Positions 40,041-54,921 of a stretch of 64,000 nt of DNA are shown piece by piece. The stretch covers positions 108,378,001 through 108,442,000 of the forward strand of contig NC_058368.1 of NCBI RefSeq assembly GCF_018350175.1. The letters are read 5' to 3'. The notes beneath the pieces were generated by a model. It saw only the letters and a list, made by a program, of their open reading frames with translations. It was not told the origin of the DNA and made no database searches. The position numbers and the translations under genes were made by a program. Source of the stretch: Felis catus. Lineage: Eukaryota. The first letter of the stretch is position 1; the number at the start of each line of letters is the position of its first letter.

Positions 40041-41513
40041 GGTTACATTACGCATCGTCAACAAGGCAAAGCTGTCCATTCTCACCACTTCCAATCAACA
40101 ATGTACTGGAGATTAAAGCCAGGGTAGTAACACAAGGAAAAAAATTAAAGGCATAAACAATGGGTACAAAGAAATAAATGTCTTTACCAGAGACAACTCA
40201 TTCTGAGTGCAGCAAAACTCTAAGGACCTATAAACTTTCTTAGAAAACTTAGAGTGTATCAAGATCACAGGATAGAACATCCACATATAAAAACGAATTA
40301 GCAATGTTTTTATATACTAGCAATGAATAAAATAAACATGAAATGAAGCAAACAATGCCATCCAGAATAGGATCAAAAAGAAAAATACTTGTAAACAGTT
40401 TAACAAAAACATAAGACCTACACACTGAAAAATGTAAAATATAAGTGAGAGAAATGAAAGATGTAAATGTAAGTAGAAACAATTCATGTCCATGGATCGG
40501 ATAATGCTATGTTGTTAAGATTACAAATGTCCCTCAAGTAATCTAAAGATTCAAAATATTTCCAGACTTCCAGTTTCTGTTCTGGCATATAAGAATCTTA
40601 GAAACTGCTATCTGTCCTAATAACAAGTAAAAAAATGAACTAACTAGTAAGTCACCCACTTTTTCTTACCTCTGTGATAGAATTGAGATAACTGAGCAAA
40701 CTGTTGCCCCCAAATTGAAGGGAACAGACAAGTATAGATAATTACAACCCAGAATAGCAATTTCTGCAGGCACTAGCACCAGGATAAGAAAAACCAAACT
40801 ATAATTGATGAACTGCTGGAAGCTCAGTGTGGACAACTCTGAGAGTTAAAAACTTCAGAGACACAGTCAACTGAAGGGGCCTCGACACTTTGGAGTTTTA
40901 CCTCACTGATCTCTACCAGGATCTCAGAATATGTGAGAGAGACCCTTGTACTTCTGGCAGGGGCGGGGGCAGAGGACCATTTTGAAACATCCTACAGTAT
41001 TCTTGACTTCTTTTCAAGGTCTGCCCATCAGAGCCTAAGCGACCTTTAGAAAGGAAAATACTCAACCTTCCATAAGGAGAAAGGGAATGCCCAACTCCAG
41101 CCCACTCTAGCGATCATGACCCACTTCAAGGGGATGGTGGGCAGGCGGTAGAAACTGAGAAATACAAGTTCAAAATACAGAGGTAATGGCTCACCAAAAG
41201 ACTGAGATCTAATCACAGGACTATGAAATGCTTCCCCTCCTCTCACACCTTACCTGTATATTACGAAAGGCCCCCTCCTCTCACACCTTACCAGTATATT
41301 ACTAAAGGCCTATTTATAGCAATTCCTTTTACCCAGTACATCATGTCTGGCTTACCCAGTACATCTACATCATGAGAAGGCAATACTAGAAGACAAAAGA
41401 CACAGACGAAAAAGACAGATCAAGCATCAGAACCAGACTATGATATGGCTAGGATATATAGTAAAAATTATACACCACAACCAAGGAGGATTTAACTAAA
41501 ATATACGAGGACA

Positions 41514-41740
41514 GGGGCGCCTGGGTGGCTCAGTCGGTTAAGCGTCCGACTTCGGCTCAGGTCATGATCTCACAGTCCGTGAGTTCGAGCCCCGCGTCAG
41601 TCTCTGTGCTGACAGCTCAGAGCCTGGAGCCTGTTTCAGTCTGTGTCTCCCTCTCTCTCTGCCCCTCCCCCGTTCATGCTCTGTCTCTCCCTGTCTCAAA
41701 AATAAATTAAAATGTTAAAAAAAATTAAAAAAAAAATAAA
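41514..41740 (+). mobile_element. Young CanSINE
   Basis: ggggcgcctgggtggctcagtcggttaagcgtccgac head, CT tract and A tail. Confidence 0.9.
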
Positions 41741-44700
41741 GTATACAAGGATAGTTCAATATTCAAAAATCAATTAATGTAATCCATCACATTGACAGGC
41801 TAAAGAAAAACTACAGAATTATATCAACAGAAACAGATGCAAAAAAAAATTTGACAAAATCCAAAACCCATTCGAGATAAAAACCCAGTAAACCAGAAGT
41901 ACACGGGAACCCCCTCAACTTGTTAAAGACTATTTAAAAAAACTAATAGCTAATAACCACTAAGATCAGAAACTAAGCAAGGATGTCCCCCTCAACCACT
42001 GCTTTTCAAGTTCATAGTGGAAGACCTAGCTAACACACTAAGAAAAGGAAACAGAAGGTGGAAGATTGAGAAGGAAAAGATAAAACCATCCTGTTCAGAT
42101 AACATGTTTATCTATGTAGAAAATCTGGAGTAAGGGGGGAAACACCAAAAACACTTCTGGAATAAGCGATTACAACAAGGTCACAGGGTACAAGTTTAAT
42201 ATACAAAAGCCAATTACTTTCTTATACACTTTGAATGAAGTGGAATTTGATATTAAAAATACAATGCCATTTCCATTAGCTGCCCTCCAAAAAATGAAAT
42301 TCTATGGTAAAAATCTACCAGAATAATGTATGAGACCTATATGATGAAAATTACAAAACTCTGATCAGTGATATTGAAGAACTAAATAGGGCGCCTGGGT
42401 GGCTCATCAGTTTACTGCTTGACTCTTGACTTCGGCTCAAATCATGATCTCATGATTCATGAGTTTGAGCTCTACATCGGGCTCTGCACTGAAAGCACGG
42501 AGCCTGCTTGGGATTCTTTCTCTCTCTCACTCTCTGGCCCTCCCGTTTGTACTCTCTCTCAAAATAAATAAATAAACATTAATTTTAAAAAGTATAAAAA
42601 ATAACTAAATAAATGAAGAGTGATTCCATGTTCGTGGATAGGAAGACTCATTGTCAGAATGTCATTACTTCCCATCTTGAATTATATATTCAGTACAATT
42701 CCAATTAAAATCTCATCATGTTATTTGCAAATACTGTACTGAAAAACCAATTCTAAAGAATACATGGACAGGCAAAAGACCTAGAATAGCAAATGCAATA
42801 CTGAAGAAGAAGAACTAAGTCAGAAGAGTGACACTAACTCACTAACTGACTTTAAAATGTATCGTAAAGGTACAGGAAACAAGACACTGTGGTACTGGTT
42901 AAAAAATAAAGGTATCAACAAAACAGAACAGAGAGCCCAGAATTAGATTTCCATTAATATGCTCAACTGATTTTGACAAAAGAGCAAAAGCAATACAAGT
43001 GGAGCAAAGACAGTCTCTTCAACAAACTGGGCTGAAAACGTCAAAAAAATGAATCTAGACACACATCTTACTCCCCCTCTACACTGAAATTAAGTCAAAA
43101 TGAATCACAGATCTAGATGTAAAACATAAAACTCCTATAAAACATAGGAAAAAGCTAAATGATTCTAGGTATGGCAGTGACCGTTTAGTTCCAACATCAA
43201 AGGAATGATGCATGAAACTAATAAATGATACGCTCAACTTCATTAAGATTAAAACCTACTCTACAAAAGACAAAGTCAAGAGAATGAGAAAACAAGCCCC
43301 AGATTGGGAAAAATATGTGCAAAATCTCCATCTGAGTAAGGCTTGTTATCCAAAATACAAAGACACAAAGAACTCTAAAGTGAAGAAGAGAACTAAAAAT
43401 ACTTTTACCATATGACCCAGTAATCACACTCTATGGAATTTACCCAAAGGAGCTGAAAACTCATGTCCACACAAAAAGATGCACATGGATGTTTACATCA
43501 GCTGTTCAAGAATCAACTTTAAATTCTTACAATTGATATTAAGACAAACAATACAACTGAAAATAGAGAAAAGGGGTGAACGATTTTCAACAAAGTAGAA
43601 ATGCCTACTAAGCACAAGAAAAGATCCACAAAAGCACTGGTCACTACTGAAATGCAAATTAAAATCACATGGAGATGTCATTAAGTATACACTGAAACAG
43701 TAACAATCAAAGACTGCCAATACCAGGTGATGGAGAGGATATGGATAAACTAGATCTATTGTATGTTGCTGGTCAGAATGTGAAACAGTACAGTCATCTT
43801 TTAAACAATTTGGTGCTTTCCAAAAGTTAAATATATGCTTGTCATACAACAGAACAATCTACACAATAAATGAAAACACATGGCCCATATAAAGACTTGT
43901 AAGCAAATCTTGGTAACAGCATTATTTGTAAAAACTCCAAAACTTAAATAATAAAAAAATTTTTAATTTTTAAAAATTTCTATCTTCTGGTAAATGGCTA
44001 GACAAAATGGGGTATCTTTCTAGATTGAAGTACGATTCAGTAATTTAAAAAAATACGTGTGTTACAAGTGATACGTGCTCAATATGGGAGAATCTCAAAA
44101 ACATGGTGACAGAAGCCAAAAACAAAAGACTACTTCTAAATATCTACAGAAAGTATCTAATGACAGAAAGGAGATCAGATTAACCGCAAAAGAGCATGAG
44201 GGAACTTTTTCAGGCAATGCAAGTCAACTGTAAATGTCATGTACCAATGTACACATTTACCATAAATTATTCAACTGTGAACTTAAGATGGATGAATTTT
44301 ATGGTATGCAAATTATACTCCAATAAAGCTATTTCAAGAAAACGGTCTTAAAAAACAGAAATAAATTTTTACAAATTTGGAGTATGCCAAGATTAATTAG
44401 AACACATAAGTATTACAATAAAAGGGGAAAAAAATCATCCTTGAGGCTTTGTAACAATTAAAGAAGTTGCCACTGAAAACTGCAAAGGCATGAAATAGTC
44501 GAGGAAAAATATATTCAACAGATATATCTGTTAATTTTTATCCATCATAAGTAACTCATATAACTCAAAAACAAAAAGACAACCTCTAAAGAACTGAACC
44601 AACTTTTCACAAAAGAAGGTATGTGAATGGTTAATAACTACATGCAAAAATGCTAGTAGTTATCACAGAAATGCATATTAATACCACACAATCCATTACA

Positions 44701-47700
44701 TACATAGCACAAGAGCAAAAATTAAAGACTAACCATATCAAGCACTGAAAAGGATAAGTAATGGGAACTCAAACTGGTGGTGGCAATATAAATGGTACAA
44801 CAGTCAACAAAACATTTGGCAGTTCTTTTAACAAGTTAAACATGCCTACCATACAACTTAGCCACTGAAGTCTAGGTATTTACTCCAAGAAAAAAACACA
44901 TGTTCATAAAAAGACTTGTTCAGAAATGTTCATAGGTGCTTTATTCATTATAGCAAAAAACTGCAAACAACCTTAATGTCTTTCAACAGTAGAATGTATA
45001 AACACATAGTGGTACATCCATACAATGGAATACTAATGAACAATTTTATAAAATGAATTATCAATATACAGAGTAACATGAAGGAATCTCCAAAACATTA
45101 CGCTAAGTGAAATATTTTAAATACAAAATGCTAGACAACTTATTGTTCCATTTATAAAAAATAGTGGTAAATGTGGGGTGTCTGGGTGGCTCAGATGGTT
45201 AAGTGTCTGACTTCAGCTCAGGTCATTATCTCACAGTTTGTGACTCTGAGTCCTGAACTGGGCAGAAGGGACCCTGCTTCAGATCCTCTGTCCCCCTCTC
45301 TGTCCCTGCCCTACTCATTTGTGGACATACAGACTCTCTGTCTCTCAAAAATATAAATAAACATTTAAAAAAATAGTGGTAAATGTAATCTATTTACTAG
45401 AAAGCAGAACAGTGGTTGCCTGGTGATGAGGGTACAATATAGTATAGATTATAAACTGACAACCAGACAAATGGCATCTACAAAAAATTTATATCTAGGA
45501 ATACACTTGGTGAAAAATTGAATGCTTCTACCTTCTCATCCCTAATTCCCCTTCAATACAGAACAAGTAAATAGTGTCTGTTCTCAGCACATCTTTTTCT
45601 ATTTAATTTTTTAATGTTTATTTGTTTTTGAGAGAGAGAGAACATGAGCAACGGAGGAGCAGAGAAAGAGAGAAACAACTTGAAGGAGGTTCCAGGCTCT
45701 GAGCTGTCAGCACAGAGCCCAATACAGGGCTCGAACTCACGAACTGCGAAATCATGACCTGAGCTGAAGTCGGACGCTTAACCGACTGAGTCACCTGGGC
45801 GCCCCTATTCTCAGCCCATCTCTTCAACACTGTACTGTAATTTCTTCCCAGGGCAATATGACAGGAAAATGGGGAGAAGGCACATTTAAATTAGGGGAAA
45901 AAAAAGAAACTGTCAATTCATACATCAGTAGACAAGAGATCAGAAAAATCCTAAAGAATCTGTAAGACAGCTATTAGAATAAAGTGAAATTTATCAAGGC
46001 TACAAGATATAAAATCACACATACAACACCTCAACAGTGAAAATTACAAAACACTGCTGAGAGAAAACTACAAAACACTGTTGAAAACAAATTAAAGACC
46101 TAAACAAAAAGAGTGATGCACCTTGTTACTGGTTTAAAAGATAAACTGTTAAGATGTCAATACTACCCTGGGTGCCTGGATGGCTTAGTCAGTTGAGCAT
46201 CCAGCTTCGGCTCGGGTCATGACTTTGCAGCTTGTGGGTTTGAGCCCCATGTCAGGCTCTGTGCTGACAGCTCAGAGCCTGGAGCCTGGTTGAGATTCTG
46301 TGTCTCCCTCTCTCCCTGCCCCTCCCCTGCTAGCGCTCTGTCTCCTCTCTCTCTCTCAAAAATAAATAAACATTAAAAAATTAAAAAAAAAAAAAAAGAT
46401 GTCAATACTACCCCAAATGGTCTAACAGATTCAGTGCAGGTGCAATCAAACTCCCAGGCTTTGAGCAGCAGGCAAAGAATATAAGATTAGAAAGGAAAAA
46501 CAGTAGGAAAGTTCTCTTTACAGAGAGGGGGTACTTGAAAGTAAATGCCCCAGGTTTTTCTTTTTTTTTAATTAATAAACTTATTTTGAAATTCATGTGC
46601 AACTGCAAAGAACCTATAATGACCCAAACAATTTGGCAGAGTTGGGAGGACCCATACATTTTGTGATTTAAAGCTAGAGTCAGCAAGACAATGTAGCAAT
46701 GGTACCACACACACACAAAAAAATCAATCAATGAAACAAAGTAAACAACTGGGAAACAGATCCACATGGCCAATTAAATTTCAACCAAGATGCAAAGGTA
46801 ATTCAGAGAAAGGACAGTTTTGTCAACAAACGGTGCTAGAGCAATTGAGTATGTATAGGTATGAAATGAGATCCACATATCATACACTATGTAAAAAACT
46901 AGACACAAATAGATCACAGACAAATCTATCATAGCATAATCTGAAACTAAAGAACTTACAGAAAAAATTATTTTAAAATTATGTGTAATCAAAGATTTTC
47001 TACCTACAACAACGTAACTATAATCCATTAAAGAAAAAAACCTGATAAATTGAGTTTTATCAAAATTAAGTTCTTCTGCCCTCTGAAAAGCAATCCACAG
47101 AGTGAAGAAAATATGTGTATGGTACATATCTGTTAAAGGACTTGTGAAAAGCGTAAGGAACTTCTATAACTAAAAAATAAATTGTACAACTCTACCTGCC
47201 CCTCCCAAATGGGCAAACAATTCAAAAAGACACTTCACAAAAGATATATAACTGACAAGTAAGTACATGAAAAGATGCTCACAATCATTAGTCTTTAGGG
47301 AAATGTAAATTTAAACTACCATCAGATACTATCACATACCCACGAAGACATGTAACTTAAAAAGATTGACCTTAACAAGTGTTCGTGAGGAGGTGATACA
47401 GGCATTCTCATATATTGCTGGTGGGAATGTAAAATGGCACAACTTTAGAAGAATATGGCACTTTAAGAGGTTAAGTATCCCCTCTACCCCATAATCTAGC
47501 CGTTCCAAAATATACACTTATATGCCCCAAATAAATCAAAGTATGTGTACACATGACGGATTATAATCCATTCTCTTCCCATGTATTTACTCAAAAGATA
47601 AGACATCGTATGTTCACATAAAGACTTGTACACAAATGTTGATAGCACCACAAGTCAAAATAATCAAAAAGAGAAAACCACCCAAATGTCTACCAGTAGC

Positions 47701-48493
47701 TGAACTGCAAAGAGTGGTCCATACAAGAGAATACTGCAATAAAAAGGAATACAGATGAACACTAAGGGCACTATGTTGAATGAAATAAACCATACAGAGC
47801 ACAGAAAGACAAATACTATATGGTGTCACATGGAGAGTTCCAAAACTTTTTTTTAAAACCTGATTTCAAATAAAGACTAAAATGGTGGTTGCCAGATACT
47901 CAGGGGAGAAGAATTACAGTGATGAAGGTCAAAGCGAACAAATGTGCAGATACAACAGGAGTGACTTCTGGTGATCAAATGTATAGTATAGTGACTTAAA
48001 GAAAAAAGAAATGAAATATTGAAATAGTGATACATATCACAACATGGATAAATCTCAAAGTAATTTTAGTGTGAAAAGCTAGACAAGAGTATATATTTTA
48101 TGTTTCACTTCATATAAAATTGTAGAAAATGTAATCTAGAGTGACCAAAAAAATAATAATAGTAATTAATAATCCCTGGGGACCAAGGGAACAAGGACGG
48201 ATGAAAGAAAAAGTTTACAAAGGGACATGAGCAATCTGGGGTGGGGGGAGGGGGGGGGTGATGGATATGTTCATTAGCTTTATTACAGCACTGGTTTTAC
48301 AGGTGTATGCATACACCAAAACTTATCAAACTATTTTAAACATGCACAGTTTAGTCTACAATTATACCTTAATAAAGTTGCTTAAAAAATTAAGAAAATA
48401 AAAACGCAAGCGACCAAATGAGATAAAATGTGTGCAAAACCTGTCACCTTGCAGCATGAATGTATTAAAGATTCCTACAAAATAATAAAGACA

Positions 48494-48722
48494 GGGGCGC
48501 CTGGGTGGCGCAGTCGGTTAAGCGTCCGACTTCAGCCAGGTCACGATCTCGCGGTCCGTTGAGTTCGAGCCCCGCGTCAGGCTCTGGGCTGATGGCTCGG
48601 AGCCTGGACCTGTTTCCGATTCTGTGTCTCCCTCTCTCTCTGCCCCTCCCCCGTTCATGCTCTGTCTCTCTCTGTCCCAAAAATAAATAAAAAACGTAGA
48701 AAAAAAAATTAAAAAAAAAAAA
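48494..48722 (+). mobile_element. Young CanSINE (SINEC_Fc-type)
   Basis: CpG-rich and near-consensus; TSD aaaataataaagaca. Confidence 0.92.
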
Positions 48723-51614
48723 TAATAAAGACAAACAGCTCAGCTTTGAAACGGGAAAAAAAAAATTTAATAGGAAGTTCACAAAAGAATATAGAGGAAG
48801 CCACAACCAGTAAGCACAAGAAAAAGTGCTCAGTATCACCAAGCAGGAAAATTAAAATTAAAACCACTTCACAGTGACTAGAATAGCTAAACTATAAGAC
48901 TGACAATCACGTTTGTGACTATGTAGAAAGAGAAACAGAACTCTTATACACTGCCAGTGGGATTTTAAAATGGTACAACTGCTATGGAATGGAGTTTAGC
49001 AGTTTCTCATAAATAATTTCTCTATTAAACTTCAAGACACATTATAAAGCTATAGTAATTACAACAGTGTGGTATTCAAGCAGGTATGAACAAAATCGAA
49101 TGGAAGAGATTAGAAGCCCAGAAACAGGCACATCTGTGGATATGTTTATTTAAAAAAAAAAAAAATATGGCATTCAACAAGAATGGGAAAAGGATACATA
49201 GGAATCCATATGGAAAACCATGCAACATTATCATACTCAAAAATCCACTCTAAGCAGGGGACCTGGGTGGCTTAGTCAGTTAAGCACCCGACTCTTGATT
49301 TTGTTTCAGGTTATGATCTCACGGTTCCTGGGATCAAGCCAGCAATGGGCTCTGCACTGACAGTGTGGAGACTGCTTGGGATTCTCTCCCCCTCTCTCCG
49401 CCCCTTCTCTGGCCATGCTCTCTCAAAATAAATAAATAAACATTAAAAAAAAATCCATTTTAAGTAGATTATAGACGTAAATGTAGAAGGAAAACAAGAA
49501 AGTGCTAGAAAATAATAAAGGAAACTATCTTCATGACTGCAGGTATCATAAATATTTCTTAAGCAAAGAAGACAAAAAGAAAAAGACTGAACTGCTCTGT
49601 ATTAGAGTTAAGAACTTTCATTCATCCAAAGACACTGCTAAGAGAATGAACAATACAAGACACAAGGAAAATATTTTCCAACAAAAATAACCAAGCAAAG
49701 ATGCTTATTCAGGATATATAGAGAACTTCTACATCTCAGGAATAAAAAGACAATGCATTACAAAAATGGGCAATGGATTTGAAGATGCGCTTGAAAAACA
49801 AAAAGATTATTCAAATAAAAATGTACTCATTAGCAATCAGTAACATGCAAATCAAAACTATAATGAAGTATATAAATTCAACAGAGTAACTGAAATGTAT
49901 CAGGATAAAAAATAAATAAAAAGCTCGACAATACCAAATGTTGGTGAGGATGTGGAACAACAGAAATTCTCACACAATGCTGGTGAGAGTGTGTAAATTA
50001 GTACATTCGCTTTGGAATATAACTTGTAATCAACAGTATGTATATGTTGTTCATATGAACATAGGCACATCCTGTGAGCCATCAATTCTCTGTGAGGTGT
50101 ACCCTACATAAATTCATGCCCATGTGCATCTAATGTACAAGAATGTTCACAGCTGCTTTCCTAGTAACAGCCCTCAACTATAAAATGTAATGCTAATTAA
50201 GAAAAATGAATTAACTCTAACTACCTAGATGCATCCCATAAACAACATTGGCTCAAAGAAGCCATACACAAAAGAATATTGTATGATTACATTAACACCA
50301 AGTTCAAAAGTAAACAAAAACCAAACTACGGTGTTTAGGTATATGTATCGTCAGGCTAAAACTCTACAGATACCTAAGACTAATTAAAACCTCAAAAAAT
50401 AGTAACTTTGGGTGGTGGGGGGAGTAGCAAAGTTGATTTGAGGAAAGACTGCAGGCTGCTTCTAGGGTGCTGACAATGTTCAAATTCTTGTTCTGGGTAG
50501 TAAATAGGCAAATGTTCAAGAAATTCCAGTAACTCCCTGATATGCACATTAGGTTCCTATTAGGCCAGAAATAGAAAAAAAAAAAAAAAAAAAAAAAAAA
50601 GAATTTCTTACATATGTATTTAAAAAAAAACAACCCACAAAGATTTTAATAAATGTAGTTAGTTATCTATGTAAATGGGTTAAATGGTGTGGAGGACACT
50701 AAAAGTGGGAATAATAATATTTAAAATACCTCTTGTTCTACTGTTTTCACTTTTGAATGGTGTAAATTTACTTCAAAAAACTATCTTAAAAGTGTGTCTT
50801 TAAAAAAAGAACACTACTATTTACAATGCTATTTACAGGTGATAACTTTAACCAACCCAAGACTAGCAGTGTGCCTGACACATGTAGGCACTAAGTGTTT
50901 GCTATATGAATTAATGCCCTACTACTGGAGATATTCTCTGACTTCAATGTTGGTTCCCTTCTTCTAAGCCTAACTAATCCTGCTGATCTGTAGAATCCAT
51001 TGCCACAACTGTTTCCCCAAGAAAGTTTTCTTTACAGGCCAAACAGACCCTTTTCAAACAAAAGAGTCATCCCAAACCAAAGTAAATCAGTATTTTGTCT
51101 TAAGGGTAGAGTCTTATAGAGAGATGACAATACTTATTTGCACCATAAATTAATGTTTGAATGAATAAATACACGCATTAAATTTTATTTAAAAATCACA
51201 CATAATAAAGTCCTTGCTTTTTTTTTATTTAAAATTTTTTTAATGTTTATTTATATTTGAAAGAGGGAGAGACAGCGTGCACGCATGCGTGCACATGAGT
51301 GGGGGAGGGGCAAAGAGAGGGAGACACAGAAGCTGAAGCAGGCTCCAGGCTCTGAGCCTGATGCGAGGCTTGAACCTATGAACCATGAGATCATGACCTG
51401 AGCCGAAGTAGGACACCCAACCGACTAAGCCACTCAATTGCCCCAGTCCTGGCTTTCTTGAGCTTACAGATTTTACTGTAGCAACTATGAAGTGAACTCA
51501 ATTCCAGAAAGAGACTAAATTCATTTCAGAAGACATTTACATTTCAGACTTGATTTTTTACTTATATACTTAGTTCATAGTAAATTGTAAAAAAATACTG
51601 ATTTAAAATACATA

Positions 51615-51750
51615 TAAAATTTCGAATGTCCTGCCCTCAGTGAAGTTTCTGAGAATTCCATAATTTGGGACACAAAATTTCCCCTGCAAGGTAAAACACA
51701 ACTTGCTGTATCTCATGCCATCAACCAAACAAAAAAAAAAAAAAAAAAAA

Positions 51751-51783
<33 letters not shown>

Positions 51784-54094
51784 AGGCACAATGTTTGGTT
51801 GGTTTTTTGATTCTAGAGGTAACATATACTGAGTGTGCTACTTTGACCCATTTTCAGCGTCACCCACAAGGCTGTAAGCAAATTCAAAATAGAGGATAAG
51901 CCACTGAACCATTGCAGTCTTACGAACCTGCACATCTAATGGTACGTATAGGGTCCATGGCAAACACAGATGCTCTACAGAAACTCTCCCAAGCACTAAT
52001 ATGAGAATGATAGTGCAGATGTCTACAATTTCTGAAACACTTATGATCTCCTCTGCAAATAACTATTATCCTTTTGAGAAACAAGCTCTGGCTTGCTACT
52101 GGGCCTTAGCAGACGCTGAATGACTAACCACAGGACATCAGATGACAATGCTGCCTGAACTTCCTATAATGAACTGCATAGTTAACCACAAGTGCCAGGC
52201 AGGGCAGTAGCCATCTGTTATGGAAAATAAGAAACTGAATTTACCCAAGAGCTGGTAGGTAGATCAGACTCCAACATCAACTCCTATTGCAGTGCCTCCT
52301 CTACCTCAATCTATGCTTATGGCTACCTAGGGAATTCCTTATGACCAGCTGACAGAAGAAGAAAAACTGTGAGCCTGTTTTATCAATGGGTCTGCACCCA
52401 AAAGTGGACAGCCAAGAGGTCACTCAGACATAACCCCCAAGGAAGATGGTAAAGGAAAATTGACCCAGGGAATAGAATTACAAGCAATACATTTAGTTGT
52501 CCTTTTTTCTGGATTTAGAGATGGCCGGAATTATTGATGAAAAGAGATTCAAGGGAAATTACTAATGGTATGGCTGAAAGGTTAGGGACCAGGAACGAAT
52601 AGGATTGAAAGGAAGATTGGTAACAAAAAGTCTGGGAAGTGGTATGTAGAAGGACTTCTTTCAGAATGGGCATAGACTTTCAATATATCTGTATCTCATA
52701 TGAATGCCTGAAAGGCATCCATCGTGAACGAGGCTTTAATAATGAGGTGACTAAAATGCCACGCTCTGTGGAAGTCATCCAAACTCTTCCCTCAGCTACA
52801 CCAGTGCTTGTTCAATGGGCCCATGAATAAAGTGGCCATGGTGGCAGAGATGGAGAATATGCAGGGCTTAACTGTTAATGCTACTGCTAGGAACCTAATC
52901 TGCCAACATGAGAGATTAACAGAAAGTCTCCTTATGGGGACCAGCCAGCCACCTAGGGCCAGATTATTTACAGTGAACTTTTCCTGTCATGGAAGAGGCA
53001 GGTATTTGTCCTCATTGGAATAAACACATATTCTGGAAATGATCTACCTTCCACATCCATAATGCTTCTGCCAGCACCACTATCCATGGGCTCACAAAAT
53101 GCCTGCTCTACCATCCTGGCACTCTAGACAACACTATTTTTGATCAAGGCACTCATTTTGCAACAGCCTATGTACAGCAAGGGTTTCTGTCTCCCCCAAT
53201 AACCAGAACACACAGATCTGATATTCAAGGCATGGAAGTAAGAGCGGCTCTTCCCACTACTATAACTAGTAACGCATTCAGAATTTTTGCTGCCCATCCA
53301 AAAAACTTTGTTCTGGTTTTGAGTCCTAGTGCCCAAAAGAAGATTGCTTCTATGAGGAAACACAATGGTTCCACTGACTTAGATACTTTCACCTGGCCAA
53401 TGAACCAACAGGCAGGGGAAGGGGTTACTCTAAAGGCCTGAGTAATTGATCACAATCACAAGCACAAACTGAGTTGCTGCAAAAAATGGGGGGATTCCCT
53501 TAGGCTCCTTGTACTACCATGTCCACTATTCAAAGTTTATGGAAAACTACCACCACCAACACAACAGAGCAGGACATTTAAGGACCCATCAGAAATGAAG
53601 ATTTTGTTAACATCATCAGGTAAAGGATGCAGAACGGATGAACGTCTGGCTTACGGCAGAAATACTGAATGGGTAGCTAAAGAAGGAAGCCAGAGGTACC
53701 AATTACAGCCATGTGACCAATCACAGAAATAAGAAATATAGGATATTTTTTTCCTTTGTTTATTGCATTTATGTCTGTATTTATGTAAATGTTAACCATT
53801 TTCTTCTTCCCTCTGTTTCCCTTATTTATTTTAAGTATAGTTTGGTGGAAGCGAACTTTAGTCTTTGGTTAACAGAATTTTCAAAAGCACTGTGATGCAC
53901 TATATAATTAATATAACCAGTAATGATTGTTAGGACTGTGCAATTCCTTATTTTAGGGACAAGGTAAGAAATTCTTCACTGGTACAAAAGACAGCTGTAT
54001 CTTTTAAGGTGACAACAGAGTTGTTTTGTTGTTGGATGGGAGTTCAAATTTGTTTAGAAGCATCCATGTAGAAGCTAAGGGACTCAGAGTGGAC
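51615..54094 (+). mobile_element. Decayed ERV-L internal region (pol: RT thumb/connection, RNase H, integrase, dUTPase-like remnant)
   Basis: Hand translations: NYYPFEKQALACYWALADAE*LTTGHQMTMLPELPIMN (from 52061), QWAHE*SGHGGRDG (about 52813), FVLIGINTYSG (about 53005) and ASASTTIHGLTKCLLYHPG...DQGTHF (about 53064-53159). All match HERV-L/MERVL pol motifs. Stops and frameshifts occur throughout. Confidence 0.88.
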
Positions 54095-54664
54095 TGTGCC
54101 AGTTATCCACTGCCTTTCAATTGGAAATACATTCATGCTGTTTCAAATCTACTTTCCAATAAAGGATCTAGATTCAGTTAATGCTATCCTTCTGCCAGCT
54201 GAAAATGCTAAAACTTTGTCAGTAGAGGGTGCTAGCAGAAGAACAATGCAATAGAAAAATTGTCTTTCTCAAGGGGAAGGGAAGGGAGAAGTGCACCAGT
54301 GTGTGCGTGTGTCAAGGCAAAGGAGGTCCTGTCCCCAGCCTCAGGGCCCAACCACACCCTAGCAGGGGGAGGGGAAGTTCTCTGGTCAGCCCTGGTCAGC
54401 AGTTCCCTTCCTGCCAGCCCTGACCCTATGACTGAGGACGAGGTCTGGCACAGGCAACCCAGTGAAGTTCTCCACTACCTACTGGGGCTACAACTAACAT
54501 ACTTCCAACAAAATCTGAAATCATGAGGAGAGGGCCCCCCTGCCAAATTTGTTCTTTACTTGGGTACTCTCCCTTAGCTCCTTTACCCTTCTTAGTGCCT
54601 AATCTCTTAAATTAAACTTTCCATGTTCGAATTACTGTGTGGTTTCTGTCTCCTGACTAATGCA
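54095..54664 (+). mobile_element. 3' LTR of the ERV-L element (LTR33/LTR41-like)
   Basis: Follows the internal region, starts TG and ends ...gtggtttctgtctcctgactaatgCA, as ERVL LTR33-type 3' ends do. It contains gtcagtagagggtgc. Confidence 0.65.
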
Positions 54665-54921
54665 GGGAATATCAAATATTTTTAATAGAATAAGCTATAC
54701 TTTTATGAACTAAAATACTACTATCATTCTTCGTATACTAAGCAGTGTTCATATTCTGTTGGTATCATAATAACTATATCCCAATGTTACTATGCTATAA
54801 TAATATTGAGAAGCCAAAAATTACTTAATACTTCATATATGCTAAGCATGTTCTAAATTTATCTGCACTGATTATTAAGTCTAACAACCACCCTACAATG
54901 ACCTATTACAAATATGTGTCA

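Larger units (their letters stand above)
40050..50500 (+). mobile_element. Stack of nested L1 fragments (several ORF2 C-termini and 3' UTRs, one 5'-UTR-like segment at about 40560-41460), antisense to RAPGEF6
   Basis: ORF2 motifs such as LNFIKIK...RMRKQAPDWEK (43212..43415) and repeated 3' motifs (gacttgtacacaaatgtt, tggtggttgcc, aataaag). Confidence 0.75.
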
